This document shows, piece by piece, positions 19,833 through 30,113 of a stretch of 64,000 bases of DNA. The stretch lies in NCBI GenBank assembly GCA_013374835.1, contig CP055307.1, positions 660,768 through 724,767 of the forward strand, read 5' to 3'. Made by a program: the position numbers and the translations under genes. This stretch comes from Candidatus Woesebacteria bacterium. GTDB taxonomy: Bacteria > Patescibacteriota > Microgenomatia > UBA8517. The notes beneath the pieces were generated by a model, which was not told where the DNA came from, ran no database searches, and saw only the letters and a program-made list of their open reading frames with translations. Within the stretch, counting starts at the first letter, position 1. Every line of letters begins with the position of its first letter.

Positions 19833-22744
19833 AGGATTATATTAAAATTCGTGGTGCAAGACAGCACAACCTGAAAAATATCAATATTGATATTGCTAAA
19901 AATAAGCTTGTTTGCTTTACGGGCGTATCCGGAAGCGGAAAGAGCTCTTTGGCTTTTGATACTATCTATGCGGAAGGTCAAAGAAGATATGTTGAAAGCT
20001 TGTCCACTTATGCAAGACAGTTTTTGGGCATAATGAAAAAGCCTGATGTTGACCAGATTGTAGGCTTATCTCCTGCCATTTCAATAGATCAAAAAACAGT
20101 TTCCCATAATCCCCGATCAACTGTTGGTACGGTTACTGAGATATACGATTATTTGAGGCTTTTATTTGCAAGAATTGGGCATCCGCATTGTCCTATTTGT
20201 TCACGAGAGATAGCAAGCCAGAGCGTTGATCAAATTGTTAAAGGAGTTACCGAGATGGTCAAAAAAATATTGAATGAAGAAAAAAGAGCCGGGTTTTTTA
20301 TTCTTTCTCCGGTGGTGAAGGACAGAAAAGGTGAATTTTCCGCTTTGTTTGAAAATCTAAGAGCCAAGGGTTATAGAAAAGTAAGGATAGACGGTGTTAC
20401 TAAAGATTTGAACGACGACTTTGTTCTCATTAAAACAAATAAACACACGATTGATGTTGTTATAGACAGAATATCACTTTCTTCAAAAGATTTTGCTGAT
20501 AAAATTTTTTTAAAAAATTTTGTTTCTAGAATCTCGGATTCGGTGGAACAAGCTCTTGGGCTTTCGGATGGAATTGCCGTACTGTCGCATATAAAAGATA
20601 AAGGATTTGATCTAATGGAAACTCCTCGTGAATTTGAGGATCACATTTTTTCTGAAAGATTTGCGTGCCCTGTTTGTAACATTAGCCTACCAGAGATTGA
20701 GCCAAGGATTTTTTCGTTTAATTCACCTCACGGAGCGTGTCCAGAATGCGACGGTATAGGCAAGGTGCTTCGAGTTGATCCAAATCTGGTATTTGCTAAA
20801 AGCCTTAGTATAAAAGAAGGCGGGATTATACCTTTTGCTACTATATTTGAGCATAACACCTGGCTTTCAAGACTAATAATTACAGTTTGTGAGCAAAATG
20901 GAATAGACCCGGATAAGCCAATAAAAGAGTTAAGTGAAGCTCAGCTTGATATCCTTCTTTACGGAACCAAAGGACGTAAATACCGAGTTTACGGCATAAA
21001 TAGGCAAGGTAGACACACCCATATAACTGAGACTTTTAAGGGCGTTTCGGGCGAGCTTGAAAAACGTTATTTTGAGAGCTCTTCGGATTATATAAAAAGC
21101 AGTATTAAAAAATATATGATCGATATTATTTGCCCGACATGTAATGGAACACGGCTTAAAAAGGAAGTCTTGAGCGTAACTATTGATTCCAAATCTATAA
21201 ATAACATCACTGATATGACTGTTGAGAAAATGTATGAATGGATAGAAAACTTAAAAACAAGTAAAAATTTATCATTAAGAGAAAAACAGATAGGAAATAT
21301 AATATTTAACGAGATTTCCAACAGACTTAAATTCTTAATCGATGTAGGCCTTACTTATTTGACGCTTTCAAGAGAAGCTGACAGTTTATCAGGCGGCGAA
21401 TCACAAAGGATTAGGCTTGCATCACAAATAGGATCGGGCCTTTCGGGAGTTCTTTATGTTTTGGACGAACCAACAATAGGGCTTCATGCAAGGGATAATA
21501 AAAAACTTATAGACACTCTTAAAAGGCTAAGAGATTTGGGTAACAGTGTAATAATAGTTGAGCACGACAGAGATGTAATGATGAATTGTGACTTGATCGC
21601 TGATTTCGGTCCCGGTGCGGGGAAAAACGGAGGAAGTTTGGTGGCTTTTGGAAAACCAGATGAAATAATGAAAAACAATAAATCTCTGACAGGAAAGTAT
21701 TTGTCTTTAAAAAAGCGTATTTCTTTCCCTTCGACAGGACAAGCGCGCAATCAAGGTGAGTTGATCGTTAAAGGCGCAAGGCAATTTAATTTAAAAAATA
21801 TAGACGTTGCCTTTCCTCTTGGCAAATTAATATCCGTTACCGGAGTTTCAGGAAGCGGTAAATCAACTCTCGTTGTTGAAACTCTCTATCATGCACTTTC
21901 CAAAAAATTGAATCCATATCACAAGCACGGAAATACGCTTTATGATGATATTTACGGATCAGAAAAAGTTGACAAGGTTATATTAATCGACCAATCGCCA
22001 ATTGGAAGAACGCCCAGAAGCAATCCAGCAACTTACACAAAGGTTTTTGATTATATACGCGACGTCTATGCAAATACAAAAGAGGCAAAGGCAATGGGTT
22101 TTAAAAAGGGTAGATTTTCATTTAATATAAAAGGGGGCCGATGCGAAGCATGTGAGGGACAGGGAAAAGTAAAGATTGAAATGCAGTTTATGCCTGATAT
22201 ATGGGTTGACTGTGATGTCTGCCATGGTGCCAGATATAACCAACAAACTCTTGACATTTATTATAAGGGCAAGTCTATTGCAGATATTTTGTCAATGAGC
22301 GTTGATGAAGCTATTGAGTTTTTTCATGTATACCCAAGGATTACGAAAAAACTTGAAACTCTTATGTCAATAGGCTTGGACTACATGGAGCTTGGACAAA
22401 GTGCTACAACTTTGTCCGGTGGAGAGGCACAAAGAATAAAGCTAGCAAGCGAGTTGTCTAAAAAAGATACAGGTTCTACTGTTTATATATTGGACGAGCC
22501 TACCACCGGACTTCATTTCTCCGATTTGGAAAAACTTATGAAAGTCTTAAAACTTTTGGTACAAAAGGGAAATACAGTAATTGTTGTGGAACATAATCTT
22601 GATGTAATTAAAAATTCCGATTGGATTATTGACTTGGGTCCTGAAGGCGGAGAAGGTGGAGGTTATGTTGTAGCCGCGGGAACCCCCAACGAAGTAGCTA
22701 AAAACAAAATTTCCTATACTGCCAGATATTTACGAAATGAATAA
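19826..22744 (+). CDS. uvrA: excinuclease ABC subunit A
   Basis: Two ABC ATPase modules (GVSGSGKSSLAF; GVSGSGKSTLV), Zn-finger Cys clusters; 972 aa. Confidence 0.9.
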   Translation: MLKDYIKIRGARQHNLKNINIDIAKNKLVCFTGVSGSGKSSLAFDTIYAEGQRRYVESLSTYARQFLGIMKKPDVDQIVGLSPAISIDQKTVSHNPRSTVGTVTEIYDYLRLLFARIGHPHCPICSREIASQSVDQIVKGVTEMVKKILNEEKRAGFFILSPVVKDRKGEFSALFENLRAKGYRKVRIDGVTKDLNDDFVLIKTNKHTIDVVIDRISLSSKDFADKIFLKNFVSRISDSVEQALGLSDGIAVLSHIKDKGFDLMETPREFEDHIFSERFACPVCNISLPEIEPRIFSFNSPHGACPECDGIGKVLRVDPNLVFAKSLSIKEGGIIPFATIFEHNTWLSRLIITVCEQNGIDPDKPIKELSEAQLDILLYGTKGRKYRVYGINRQGRHTHITETFKGVSGELEKRYFESSSDYIKSSIKKYMIDIICPTCNGTRLKKEVLSVTIDSKSINNITDMTVEKMYEWIENLKTSKNLSLREKQIGNIIFNEISNRLKFLIDVGLTYLTLSREADSLSGGESQRIRLASQIGSGLSGVLYVLDEPTIGLHARDNKKLIDTLKRLRDLGNSVIIVEHDRDVMMNCDLIADFGPGAGKNGGSLVAFGKPDEIMKNNKSLTGKYLSLKKRISFPSTGQARNQGELIVKGARQFNLKNIDVAFPLGKLISVTGVSGSGKSTLVVETLYHALSKKLNPYHKHGNTLYDDIYGSEKVDKVILIDQSPIGRTPRSNPATYTKVFDYIRDVYANTKEAKAMGFKKGRFSFNIKGGRCEACEGQGKVKIEMQFMPDIWVDCDVCHGARYNQQTLDIYYKGKSIADILSMSVDEAIEFFHVYPRITKKLETLMSIGLDYMELGQSATTLSGGEAQRIKLASELSKKDTGSTVYILDEPTTGLHFSDLEKLMKVLKLLVQKGNTVIVVEHNLDVIKNSDWIIDLGPEGGEGGGYVVAAGTPNEVAKNKISYTARYLRNE

Positions 22745-24539
22745 ATTTATAAAGGCAATTTTAATAACAATTTTGTTTTTATTTTTTGCAAAAAATGATG
22801 CATATTCTTCGGAGAATTTTTTTGAAACTAGCTTTTCAGTATTTTATAAAGCAGATGAGGAAGGATTTTTGGAAGCAAGCTATGAAATCGAAACTAAAAA
22901 CTTAACTACTGAAAAGTACGCACAGAGCTACTTCCTTAAACTTACCGGAATAAAACCGGAAAACTTAAAAGCCTTTGAATCCAATAAAGAACTGAGTGTT
23001 GAAACCAGAAATGAATCAGACGGCTTTGGTATAAAGGTATATTTTGATCAAAATGCGGTGGGAAAGGGAAATGGGCATAAATTTAAAATAAGCTTTATTG
23101 AAAGAAGCGTAATTAGAAAAACAGGATCTGTTTGGGAAATTGTCCTTCCAAGGATTTCAACCGAGACGACGATTAATGATATAAAGACCGAGATTGTTGT
23201 TCCGAAAAGTTTTGGAGAGCTTGCTTATGTTTCCCCAGACCCGCATGAACAAATTCAAGGAAACGAAAGCTATTATTTTTATTTTTCAGGTGAAAATTTG
23301 ACTTCCGAAAGCATTAACTTAGCATTTGGCGATTTTCAAGTATTTAGCTTTTCTATTACTTACCATCTTGATAATCCCTTAAATTCTGTTTCAGATATAG
23401 AGCTCGCGATTCCTCCTGATACCAGTTTCCAAAAAGTTATTTATGAATCAATTGACCCTGTTCCCCTGGATATACACTCGGACGAAGATGGTAATTGGAT
23501 AGCCAAATATACTCTAGCCTCCCGCCAGAGATTGGATGTAAAAGCCACAGGATATATACAGCTTTTTTCAACTCCACGAAAATTGCGCGAGGAGAGCGAG
23601 GATTATTTAAAAAAAACAACAATGCCGGATCTATATTGGGAATCTGATGACGAGAAGATAAAGCTACTTGCAGACAAATTGCAGAATGCTTATGAAATAT
23701 ATAAATTTGTAAGCCGCGAATTTGAGTATAATTACGACAGGGTAAGGCCTGAAAGTAAAAGAAAAGGCGCTCTCAAGGCTATTTCTGAGGCACCAGATTC
23801 GATATGTACAGAATTTACGGATACTTTTATAGCTATTGCCAGAGCTGCCGGTATTCCCGCAAGGGAAATTAATGGATATGCTTATACGGAGAATACACAA
23901 CTACAACCATTGTCTCTTGTAGCCGATGTACTTCATTCATGGCCTGAGTATTGGGATAAGAACAAACAGATTTGGGTGCCGATTGACCCTACTTGGGAGA
24001 AAACTACTAATGGCGTTGATTATTTTAATAAATTTGACCTTCGCCACATCACCTTTGTGATTCACGGATTGGACTCCGAAAAGCCTTATCCGCCTGGTTC
24101 ATACAAACTTGGACCAAATCCCGAAAAGGACGTTTTTATTGCATTTTCCAACCTCCCCTCCGAGAGAAATCCAGAAATTTCTCTTTATTCCGATAAAATC
24201 GATCTTAAATCGTTAACAAAAGCTAAGTACAAAATAAAAATCATAAATACAGGCTACTCGGCGGCTTATAACAAAGAAATGAAAGTTTATTTTGACGGCG
24301 AAGAAAGGGATGTTGTGCATCTTAAACCTATTTTCCCATTTTCACAAGAAGAGTATTCGATATCTTTCTCAAGTGGACTTTTTGGGAGTAAAATGCCTAA
24401 AAAAATTACAGTAAGCGTCGATTCTACTCAGATAAATATAGATACCAACAAAAACATGGCCATGCTTCGAGGCGTTGTATCAATATTTTTGTTGCTTTTC
24501 ATCATAGTATTTGGTGTTTTTCTGAAATATCGCTTATGA
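22737..24539 (+). CDS. transglutaminase-like cysteine protease superfamily protein, signal peptide plus C-terminal TM anchor
   Basis: Cys (DSICTEFTDTFIAIARAAGIPAR), His (HSWPEYW), Asp core arrangement; N-terminal hydrophobic signal; C-terminal TM (VVSIFLLLFIIVFGVFL); 600 aa. Confidence 0.55.
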   Translation: MNKFIKAILITILFLFFAKNDAYSSENFFETSFSVFYKADEEGFLEASYEIETKNLTTEKYAQSYFLKLTGIKPENLKAFESNKELSVETRNESDGFGIKVYFDQNAVGKGNGHKFKISFIERSVIRKTGSVWEIVLPRISTETTINDIKTEIVVPKSFGELAYVSPDPHEQIQGNESYYFYFSGENLTSESINLAFGDFQVFSFSITYHLDNPLNSVSDIELAIPPDTSFQKVIYESIDPVPLDIHSDEDGNWIAKYTLASRQRLDVKATGYIQLFSTPRKLREESEDYLKKTTMPDLYWESDDEKIKLLADKLQNAYEIYKFVSREFEYNYDRVRPESKRKGALKAISEAPDSICTEFTDTFIAIARAAGIPAREINGYAYTENTQLQPLSLVADVLHSWPEYWDKNKQIWVPIDPTWEKTTNGVDYFNKFDLRHITFVIHGLDSEKPYPPGSYKLGPNPEKDVFIAFSNLPSERNPEISLYSDKIDLKSLTKAKYKIKIINTGYSAAYNKEMKVYFDGEERDVVHLKPIFPFSQEEYSISFSSGLFGSKMPKKITVSVDSTQINIDTNKNMAMLRGVVSIFLLLFIIVFGVFLKYRL

Positions 24540-25825
24540 AAAGACAGGATCTTCCAGATAAATTGCCGGAATCTCCGGGTGTATATATGTTTTTGCTTGA
24601 CAACGAAATTTTGTATATTGGTATGTCTAAAAATTTAAAAAGCAGGATAAATTCATATTTTTCAAAGACTTTGGTATTAAAAACAAAAAAAATGGTAGCC
24701 GAGTCAAACTCTATAAAAATCAAAAAAACGGGGTCTGATTTTGAGGCATTGATACTCGAGGCAAAACTGGTAAGAAAGTACATGCCAAAATACAATTCAG
24801 AACTTAAGGATGACAAAAGCCCGTTGTATATTGGCATAACAAAAGAGGAGTTCCCAAGGATAATTACGCTTAGACAAAGTGATCTCACCGTTCAAAATTT
24901 TTCTGCTATTTATGGGCCTTTTATTAATTCCGGATCGGTAAAAAAACTTCTTAGGATTATTAGGAAAATCATTCCATACAGCCAACACAAAATTACTAAT
25001 AAGCCGTGTATTTACAGTCAGATGGGGCTTTGTGATCCTTGTCCGTCGGTTGTTTCAAAGATGAAAGGCAAGGAACGTAATCTTTATAAATCTCTTTACT
25101 TGAAAAATATTTTACAGATAAAGCGTATTTTAAACGGAAACATATCTTTGCTTGAGCGGATATTGGTAAAAAAAATTAAAGATTTTTCTAAAAATGCAGA
25201 ATATGAAAAAGCTCAAAAAATATATAACTTTTATACATCGTTAGTTAATTTGACTGATAAATCCATGTATGCATCGCCTTTTTTAAGCAATCCTAATTTT
25301 AGTGAGGATATAAGAGCACTTGAGCTTAAAGAGCTGTCAAAACTTCTTTTTCCTTATTTCGGTAGTCTTAAGCTTAAAAGAATAGAGTGTTTTGATGTCG
25401 CCCATATTTCAGGAGCATATCCTACTGCTTCGATGGTTACTTTTGTGGATGGTGAACCTGAAAAGAGTTTTTATAGACATTTTAAAATTGAAAAAGAAAA
25501 GGGCGGTAAAGACACGGATTCGCTAAAAAGCGCAATTTTAAGAAGGAGGAAGCATTTTGATGATTGGGGCAAGGCAGATCTTACAATTGTTGATGGAGGA
25601 CGTGGCCAAGTTTCCGTTGCGATTGAGATACTGGGCGAATCTGTCCCTGTGATAGGAATTGCAAAAAAGCGCGAAAATATTGTCATAAAACATAATAATA
25701 AATTTGTATCGCTTGAAATTGGCAACTCTCATGCTTTAAGGCTTATTCAAAGAATTAGAGATGAATCGCATAGATTTGCAAGACGCTACCACCATAAGCT
25801 AATAAAAAAGGCGCTTGCCGTATAA
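24536..25825 (+). CDS. uvrC: excinuclease ABC subunit C homolog, short form (GIY-YIG plus RNase H-like endonuclease, no C-terminal HhH domain)
   Basis: N-terminal GIY-YIG (PGVYMFLLDNEILYIGMSKNLKSRINSYF); C-terminal IECFDVAHISGAYPTASMVTFVDGEPEKSFYRHFKI...DLTIVDGGRGQ matches the UvrC 3'-incision domain; only 429 aa. Confidence 0.7.
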   Translation: MKRQDLPDKLPESPGVYMFLLDNEILYIGMSKNLKSRINSYFSKTLVLKTKKMVAESNSIKIKKTGSDFEALILEAKLVRKYMPKYNSELKDDKSPLYIGITKEEFPRIITLRQSDLTVQNFSAIYGPFINSGSVKKLLRIIRKIIPYSQHKITNKPCIYSQMGLCDPCPSVVSKMKGKERNLYKSLYLKNILQIKRILNGNISLLERILVKKIKDFSKNAEYEKAQKIYNFYTSLVNLTDKSMYASPFLSNPNFSEDIRALELKELSKLLFPYFGSLKLKRIECFDVAHISGAYPTASMVTFVDGEPEKSFYRHFKIEKEKGGKDTDSLKSAILRRRKHFDDWGKADLTIVDGGRGQVSVAIEILGESVPVIGIAKKRENIVIKHNNKFVSLEIGNSHALRLIQRIRDESHRFARRYHHKLIKKALAV

Positions 25826-25846
25826 AAGTATGCTAAGATAAGTGTT

Positions 25847-26251
25847 ATGAGAAAACTTGCAAAAATATATTTTATTGAACTTTTTTCTTTATACATTATT
25901 AACCAATATGTAAGCGGTATGGTTTTTAATGACCAAACTATGGGAATTTTACTAACTTCACTTGCCCTTTCTATTGCGTCAATACTTATAAAGCCTGTTG
26001 TTAATATTTTAATTTTGCCATTGACTTTGGCTACACTCGGACTTTTTAGATTTTTGAGCCATGCAATTACTTTGTATATTGTAGATCTTGCGCTTGAGGA
26101 ATTCACAATATCCAATTTTTACTTTCCGGGTTTTAGCTCGACTTATTTTGAGCTTCCCCAAGTTTCCTTTAGTAGCTCTATTGCCGCATACGTAGCTTTT
26201 TCCATACTTCTTTCTTTAATTGGAGGCGTTGTTCATTGGATTACCAAGTAG
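25847..26251 (+). CDS. small 4-TM membrane protein (holin-family-4/YvlD-like fold guess)
   Basis: 134 aa, four hydrophobic helices; no catalytic motif. Confidence 0.3.
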   Translation: MRKLAKIYFIELFSLYIINQYVSGMVFNDQTMGILLTSLALSIASILIKPVVNILILPLTLATLGLFRFLSHAITLYIVDLALEEFTISNFYFPGFSSTYFELPQVSFSSSIAAYVAFSILLSLIGGVVHWITK

Positions 26252-26263
26252 TTTGAGTTATAA

Positions 26264-26482
26264 TTGGGTATGAATGAAATATTGCTTGTCGTACAAATTA
26301 TTGTTGCTGTATTTCTATCTTTTTTAATACTTATCCAAGTTAAAGGTACAGGCTTTGGCCGAGTTTGGGGGGGTATGTCAAATTCTTTTTCTCGAAGGGG
26401 ACTTGAGGGACTTGTGTTTAAGCTAACTTTCATAATAGCTTTTTTGTTTTTGCTAATATCTACAATCACCATTATTGTTTAA
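26264..26482 (+). CDS. secG: preprotein translocase subunit SecG
   Basis: 72 aa, two TM helices with LILIQVKGTGFG ... FSRRGLEG pattern typical of SecG. Confidence 0.6.
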   Translation: MGMNEILLVVQIIVAVFLSFLILIQVKGTGFGRVWGGMSNSFSRRGLEGLVFKLTFIIAFLFLLISTITIIV

Positions 26483-27807
26483 TGCGAAAACTTCGATATT
26501 GGATTAGGTTTATTACAACTTTTATATCAAGATTTAAAGGGCTTTTATTTCTTGGTTTAGTTTCGGGTTTGTTTATTTTTGTTGCTCTTCGAGTAATGAT
26601 ACCCTTGCTTTTCGGGGCAAATCCTACAAGAATCGGCATTACCGGCAGATATCATGTTGAAGAGCTTCCACAGTTTATTCTTGAATATTCAGGTGATGGT
26701 TTGACACGTGTTGATGATGGCGGAAATGTCAAACCGGCTTTGGCTGAAAAATGGGATACAAAGGACGGAGGGAAGACGTGGACTTTTTACCTTAAGAAAG
26801 GCGTTTACTGGCACGATGGTACGGAAGTTACTTCCGAAACAATAAATTACTCTTTTAACGATGTACAAATTGAAAGGACCGATTTGTACAGTATTGTTTT
26901 TAAGCTAAAAGAAAAATTTATTCCTTTTCCAAGTGTTGTTTCCAAGCCTGTATTCAAAAAGGGGCTTTTGGGAACAGGGGAGTGGAAAGTTAAAAAAATT
27001 TCTCTTGTAGGAGCGTACGTTGAAAAAATAATTTTTACAAAAAAGGACAGTAATGACTTGATCTTTAGGTTTTATCCAACTGAGGAGCACACAAAGCTTG
27101 CTTTTAAGCTTGGAGAGGTAGATAAGATTGTTGATATTATTGATCCTAAGCCTTTTGATGAATGGAATACGGCAGATGTCAGATCGGATGTAAATACAAA
27201 TAGACATGTTTCGATTTTTTTGAACAATGAAAGTTCTGTGTTTAAGGACAACAAAAATTTAAGACAGGCTCTTTATTATGCTATAGACAAAAACTCGCTA
27301 GGACCAATGCGTGCTATTGGCCCTATAAGCCCTAAGTCTTGGGCTTTTAATCCACAAGTAAAAACTTATGATTACGATGTTGAGCATGCTAAGGAGCTAC
27401 TTAAAGATATACCGGATGAGCTGCTTGAGAGCATTGATATTAAGCTTGTGACTACGCCGCTTCTTCTTGATGTTGCCGAAAAAGTCTCTTCGGACTGGCG
27501 AGTTATTGGAATAAATTCAAGTGTACTTGTTTCGTCTATACTCCCTAGTGAATATGACGCTTTTTTGGCAATATATGACATCCCAAAAGACCCAGATCAA
27601 TATCTGATTTGGCATTCCACGCAAATGGGAACCAATATAAGTAAATTTAACGATCCAAGAATTGATAAACTTTTAGAAGACGGTAGGCTTGTGATAGACC
27701 AAGAGGAAAGGAAAAAAATATATTGGGATTTTCAGAGGTTTTTGCTTGAGGATGCTCCTACTTTATTTTTATACCACCCAATGTCGTATTCAATAACCAG
27801 AAAATAG
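26482..27807 (+). CDS. extracellular solute-binding protein, family 5-like (peptide/nickel SBP fold), membrane-anchored
   Basis: N-terminal TM; YWHDGTEVTSE and overall SBP_bac_5-like pattern; 441 aa; no adjacent permease genes. Confidence 0.45.
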   Translation: MRKLRYWIRFITTFISRFKGLLFLGLVSGLFIFVALRVMIPLLFGANPTRIGITGRYHVEELPQFILEYSGDGLTRVDDGGNVKPALAEKWDTKDGGKTWTFYLKKGVYWHDGTEVTSETINYSFNDVQIERTDLYSIVFKLKEKFIPFPSVVSKPVFKKGLLGTGEWKVKKISLVGAYVEKIIFTKKDSNDLIFRFYPTEEHTKLAFKLGEVDKIVDIIDPKPFDEWNTADVRSDVNTNRHVSIFLNNESSVFKDNKNLRQALYYAIDKNSLGPMRAIGPISPKSWAFNPQVKTYDYDVEHAKELLKDIPDELLESIDIKLVTTPLLLDVAEKVSSDWRVIGINSSVLVSSILPSEYDAFLAIYDIPKDPDQYLIWHSTQMGTNISKFNDPRIDKLLEDGRLVIDQEERKKIYWDFQRFLLEDAPTLFLYHPMSYSITRK

Positions 27808-27821
27808 TGCTATAATATTTT

Positions 27822-28463
27822 TTGATGAAAAGAGCTCTTATAGTGATGGGGGTTTCTTTGAGTATTATTGCTTTTTTATCTGTTTACTTAATTGATCCAA
27901 TTAATAAAGGGCAATCTAAGAAAAGTAGTGTTCTTCCTTTATCCACAAATGCTCCGGTTACAAAACCTGAAATGATAATAGATCCTTCAAAAAGGTATAC
28001 AGCAAGGCTTGTAACTACTGAGGGAGATATTAAAATATCATTAGATACAAAAAATACTCCGATAACAAGTAATAATTTTATTTATCTTTCGAAAAAAGAT
28101 TTTTATGATAATACGATTTTTCACAGAGTAATTGAAGGTTTTATGATACAGGGAGGAGACCCTAATGGTGACGGCACTGGAGGCCCTGGATACAGATTTG
28201 ACGATGAGGATTTTGAGGGCGAATATTTAAGGGGAACAGTTGCCATGGCAAACAGCGGACCAAACACTAACGGAAGCCAGTTTTTTATTATGCATAAGGA
28301 TCGCACATTACCAAAAAACTACGTAATTTTCGGAAACGTTATTGAAGGAATTGACGTGGTAGACAAAATAGCTTCCCAAAAGGTAGAATCATCTCTTGAC
28401 GGAGAACTTTCAAGACCTGTTGATCCCGTGACTATTAAGGACGTTGTAATAGAAGAGAATTAA
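27822..28463 (+). CDS. ppiB: peptidyl-prolyl cis-trans isomerase, cyclophilin type, with N-terminal signal/anchor
   Basis: FHRVIEGFMIQGGDP...GTVAMANSGPNTNGSQFFI cyclophilin signature. Confidence 0.85.
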   Translation: MMKRALIVMGVSLSIIAFLSVYLIDPINKGQSKKSSVLPLSTNAPVTKPEMIIDPSKRYTARLVTTEGDIKISLDTKNTPITSNNFIYLSKKDFYDNTIFHRVIEGFMIQGGDPNGDGTGGPGYRFDDEDFEGEYLRGTVAMANSGPNTNGSQFFIMHKDRTLPKNYVIFGNVIEGIDVVDKIASQKVESSLDGELSRPVDPVTIKDVVIEEN

Positions 28464-30094
28464 TATAACACTTTTTCGTATTTTTCAAGCATTTTTTTAG
28501 TTGAGAATTTTTTAGAAAGCTCTATTGATTTTTTCATCATAGAAACCCAATCTTGTGAATAGCCATATTCTACTCGATTGTAAAACATTGGAATAATTTC
28601 TTCCTCTAGCTTCTGATAAATACTTTCGGAAATATTTTTATCGTCAAGAGTCCAACCTACACCTTCCCAGTCAACTTCGGCTGCCCACCCGTCTGGTACT
28701 GTAAGGTTAAGGACTCCGTTTGCGAGTGCTTTCATCCCGCTTGTACCGCAAGCCTCTTTACCAAGTTCTGGTGTGTTTAACCACAAATCGACTCCAGATA
28801 CCATATGGTAAGCTAGGGCTATGTCGTAATTAGGTATAAAAAGTGCATTACCGGATAAATAGTTGGTCATTATTTTCATTACGTCTTGGATGCACTTTTT
28901 ACCTATATCATCGCCGGGGTGCGCTTTACCAGCCATAAGAATTTGTACCGGCCTTTCAGTATTTTTTAATATTTTTTGAAGCCTTTCAATATTTTTGAAA
29001 ATTTTATCAATCTGCTTATAAGGGGTGATTCTTCTTGCCCATCCTATTACCAAAGAGTCCGGGCTATATGTAAATCCCGATCTTTTAGCAACTACTCTTG
29101 CAAGATCTGTTTTTGCGCTAAGATGCGCTTCCCAAAGTGCGTAATCAGTAATAGACGGATTTGCAAACTCGGATTTTTGCCAGCGTGGAATATATACTCC
29201 GTTTGTAATTACTTTCCAATCATAATCTGGCCAGAGTTTTTTGCATAGCTTTCCGTGTAATTTACTTACGGCAGATTGCTTCGAGCTCGTATTTAAAGCG
29301 TATTTTGTAATTGAAAAGCCGTTTTCTACTAATCCGGGCTCGATTAATTTTTGCGGATCTATCGGGATTTGGTTTTCAAAAGAGTAAGAAGATGCATAGG
29401 ATTTAACCATTTCTTCCGGGTAGATTAAATTTCCATCCGGAACAAGTGTGTGGTTTGTATAAACAATGCTTTCTTTCGCTTTTTCGAGCGCATCGGAAAA
29501 TTTCACTTTCATTGTTTCAATTATGTTTTTAGCAATTTCCCAATGTGCAAAAATTGGACGGCCTTCTTGAAAATGATAAATATCAGGCTTTATGTTTAGT
29601 TTATTAAGAACTTTGATTCCACCTAAACCTAGAATAAACTGCTGCTTGATTTGTGCATCATCGCCACAGCAGTATTCACAAGACATAACATCGCGCCAGG
29701 AGTCGGGATTTCCATTTAGATCAGATGTTAGAAGGTAAAGGACCGTATTGTCTCCGAGCCTTTGTTGATATGCAGCAATTTTTATTTCTTCACCAAAAAA
29801 TTTTATTGAAACTACAAGCCTTTTCCCCATTATTTCTACGGGCAAAACGAGCTTTGTGTTCTCGGCCTGAAAGGGGGAGCTATCTTCTATCTGCATTCCG
29901 TCAGGTGTAAACTTCTGCAAAAAATATTTTCCTTGGTAGAGCAAACCTACACCATATATTGACCTGCCTTGATCTGCGGCTTCAAGAAGTGTATCGCCGG
30001 CAAGAACTCCTAATCCGCCTGCGTAGGTAGGTAGGTTTGTGTCAATTCCAAATTCTGCACAAAAATATGCAATTTTCTTTTTAGCTTCGGGCAT
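28460..30094 (-). CDS. glgP: alpha-glucan phosphorylase (GT35, glycogen/maltodextrin phosphorylase family)
   Basis: N-terminus AYFCAEFGIDTNLPTYAGGLGVLAGD; PLP-site-region conservation; 544 aa. Confidence 0.8.
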   Translation of the reverse strand: MPEAKKKIAYFCAEFGIDTNLPTYAGGLGVLAGDTLLEAADQGRSIYGVGLLYQGKYFLQKFTPDGMQIEDSSPFQAENTKLVLPVEIMGKRLVVSIKFFGEEIKIAAYQQRLGDNTVLYLLTSDLNGNPDSWRDVMSCEYCCGDDAQIKQQFILGLGGIKVLNKLNIKPDIYHFQEGRPIFAHWEIAKNIIETMKVKFSDALEKAKESIVYTNHTLVPDGNLIYPEEMVKSYASSYSFENQIPIDPQKLIEPGLVENGFSITKYALNTSSKQSAVSKLHGKLCKKLWPDYDWKVITNGVYIPRWQKSEFANPSITDYALWEAHLSAKTDLARVVAKRSGFTYSPDSLVIGWARRITPYKQIDKIFKNIERLQKILKNTERPVQILMAGKAHPGDDIGKKCIQDVMKIMTNYLSGNALFIPNYDIALAYHMVSGVDLWLNTPELGKEACGTSGMKALANGVLNLTVPDGWAAEVDWEGVGWTLDDKNISESIYQKLEEEIIPMFYNRVEYGYSQDWVSMMKKSIELSKKFSTKKMLEKYEKVLY

Positions 30095-30113
30095 TACTCT
30101 ATTTATAACATTT

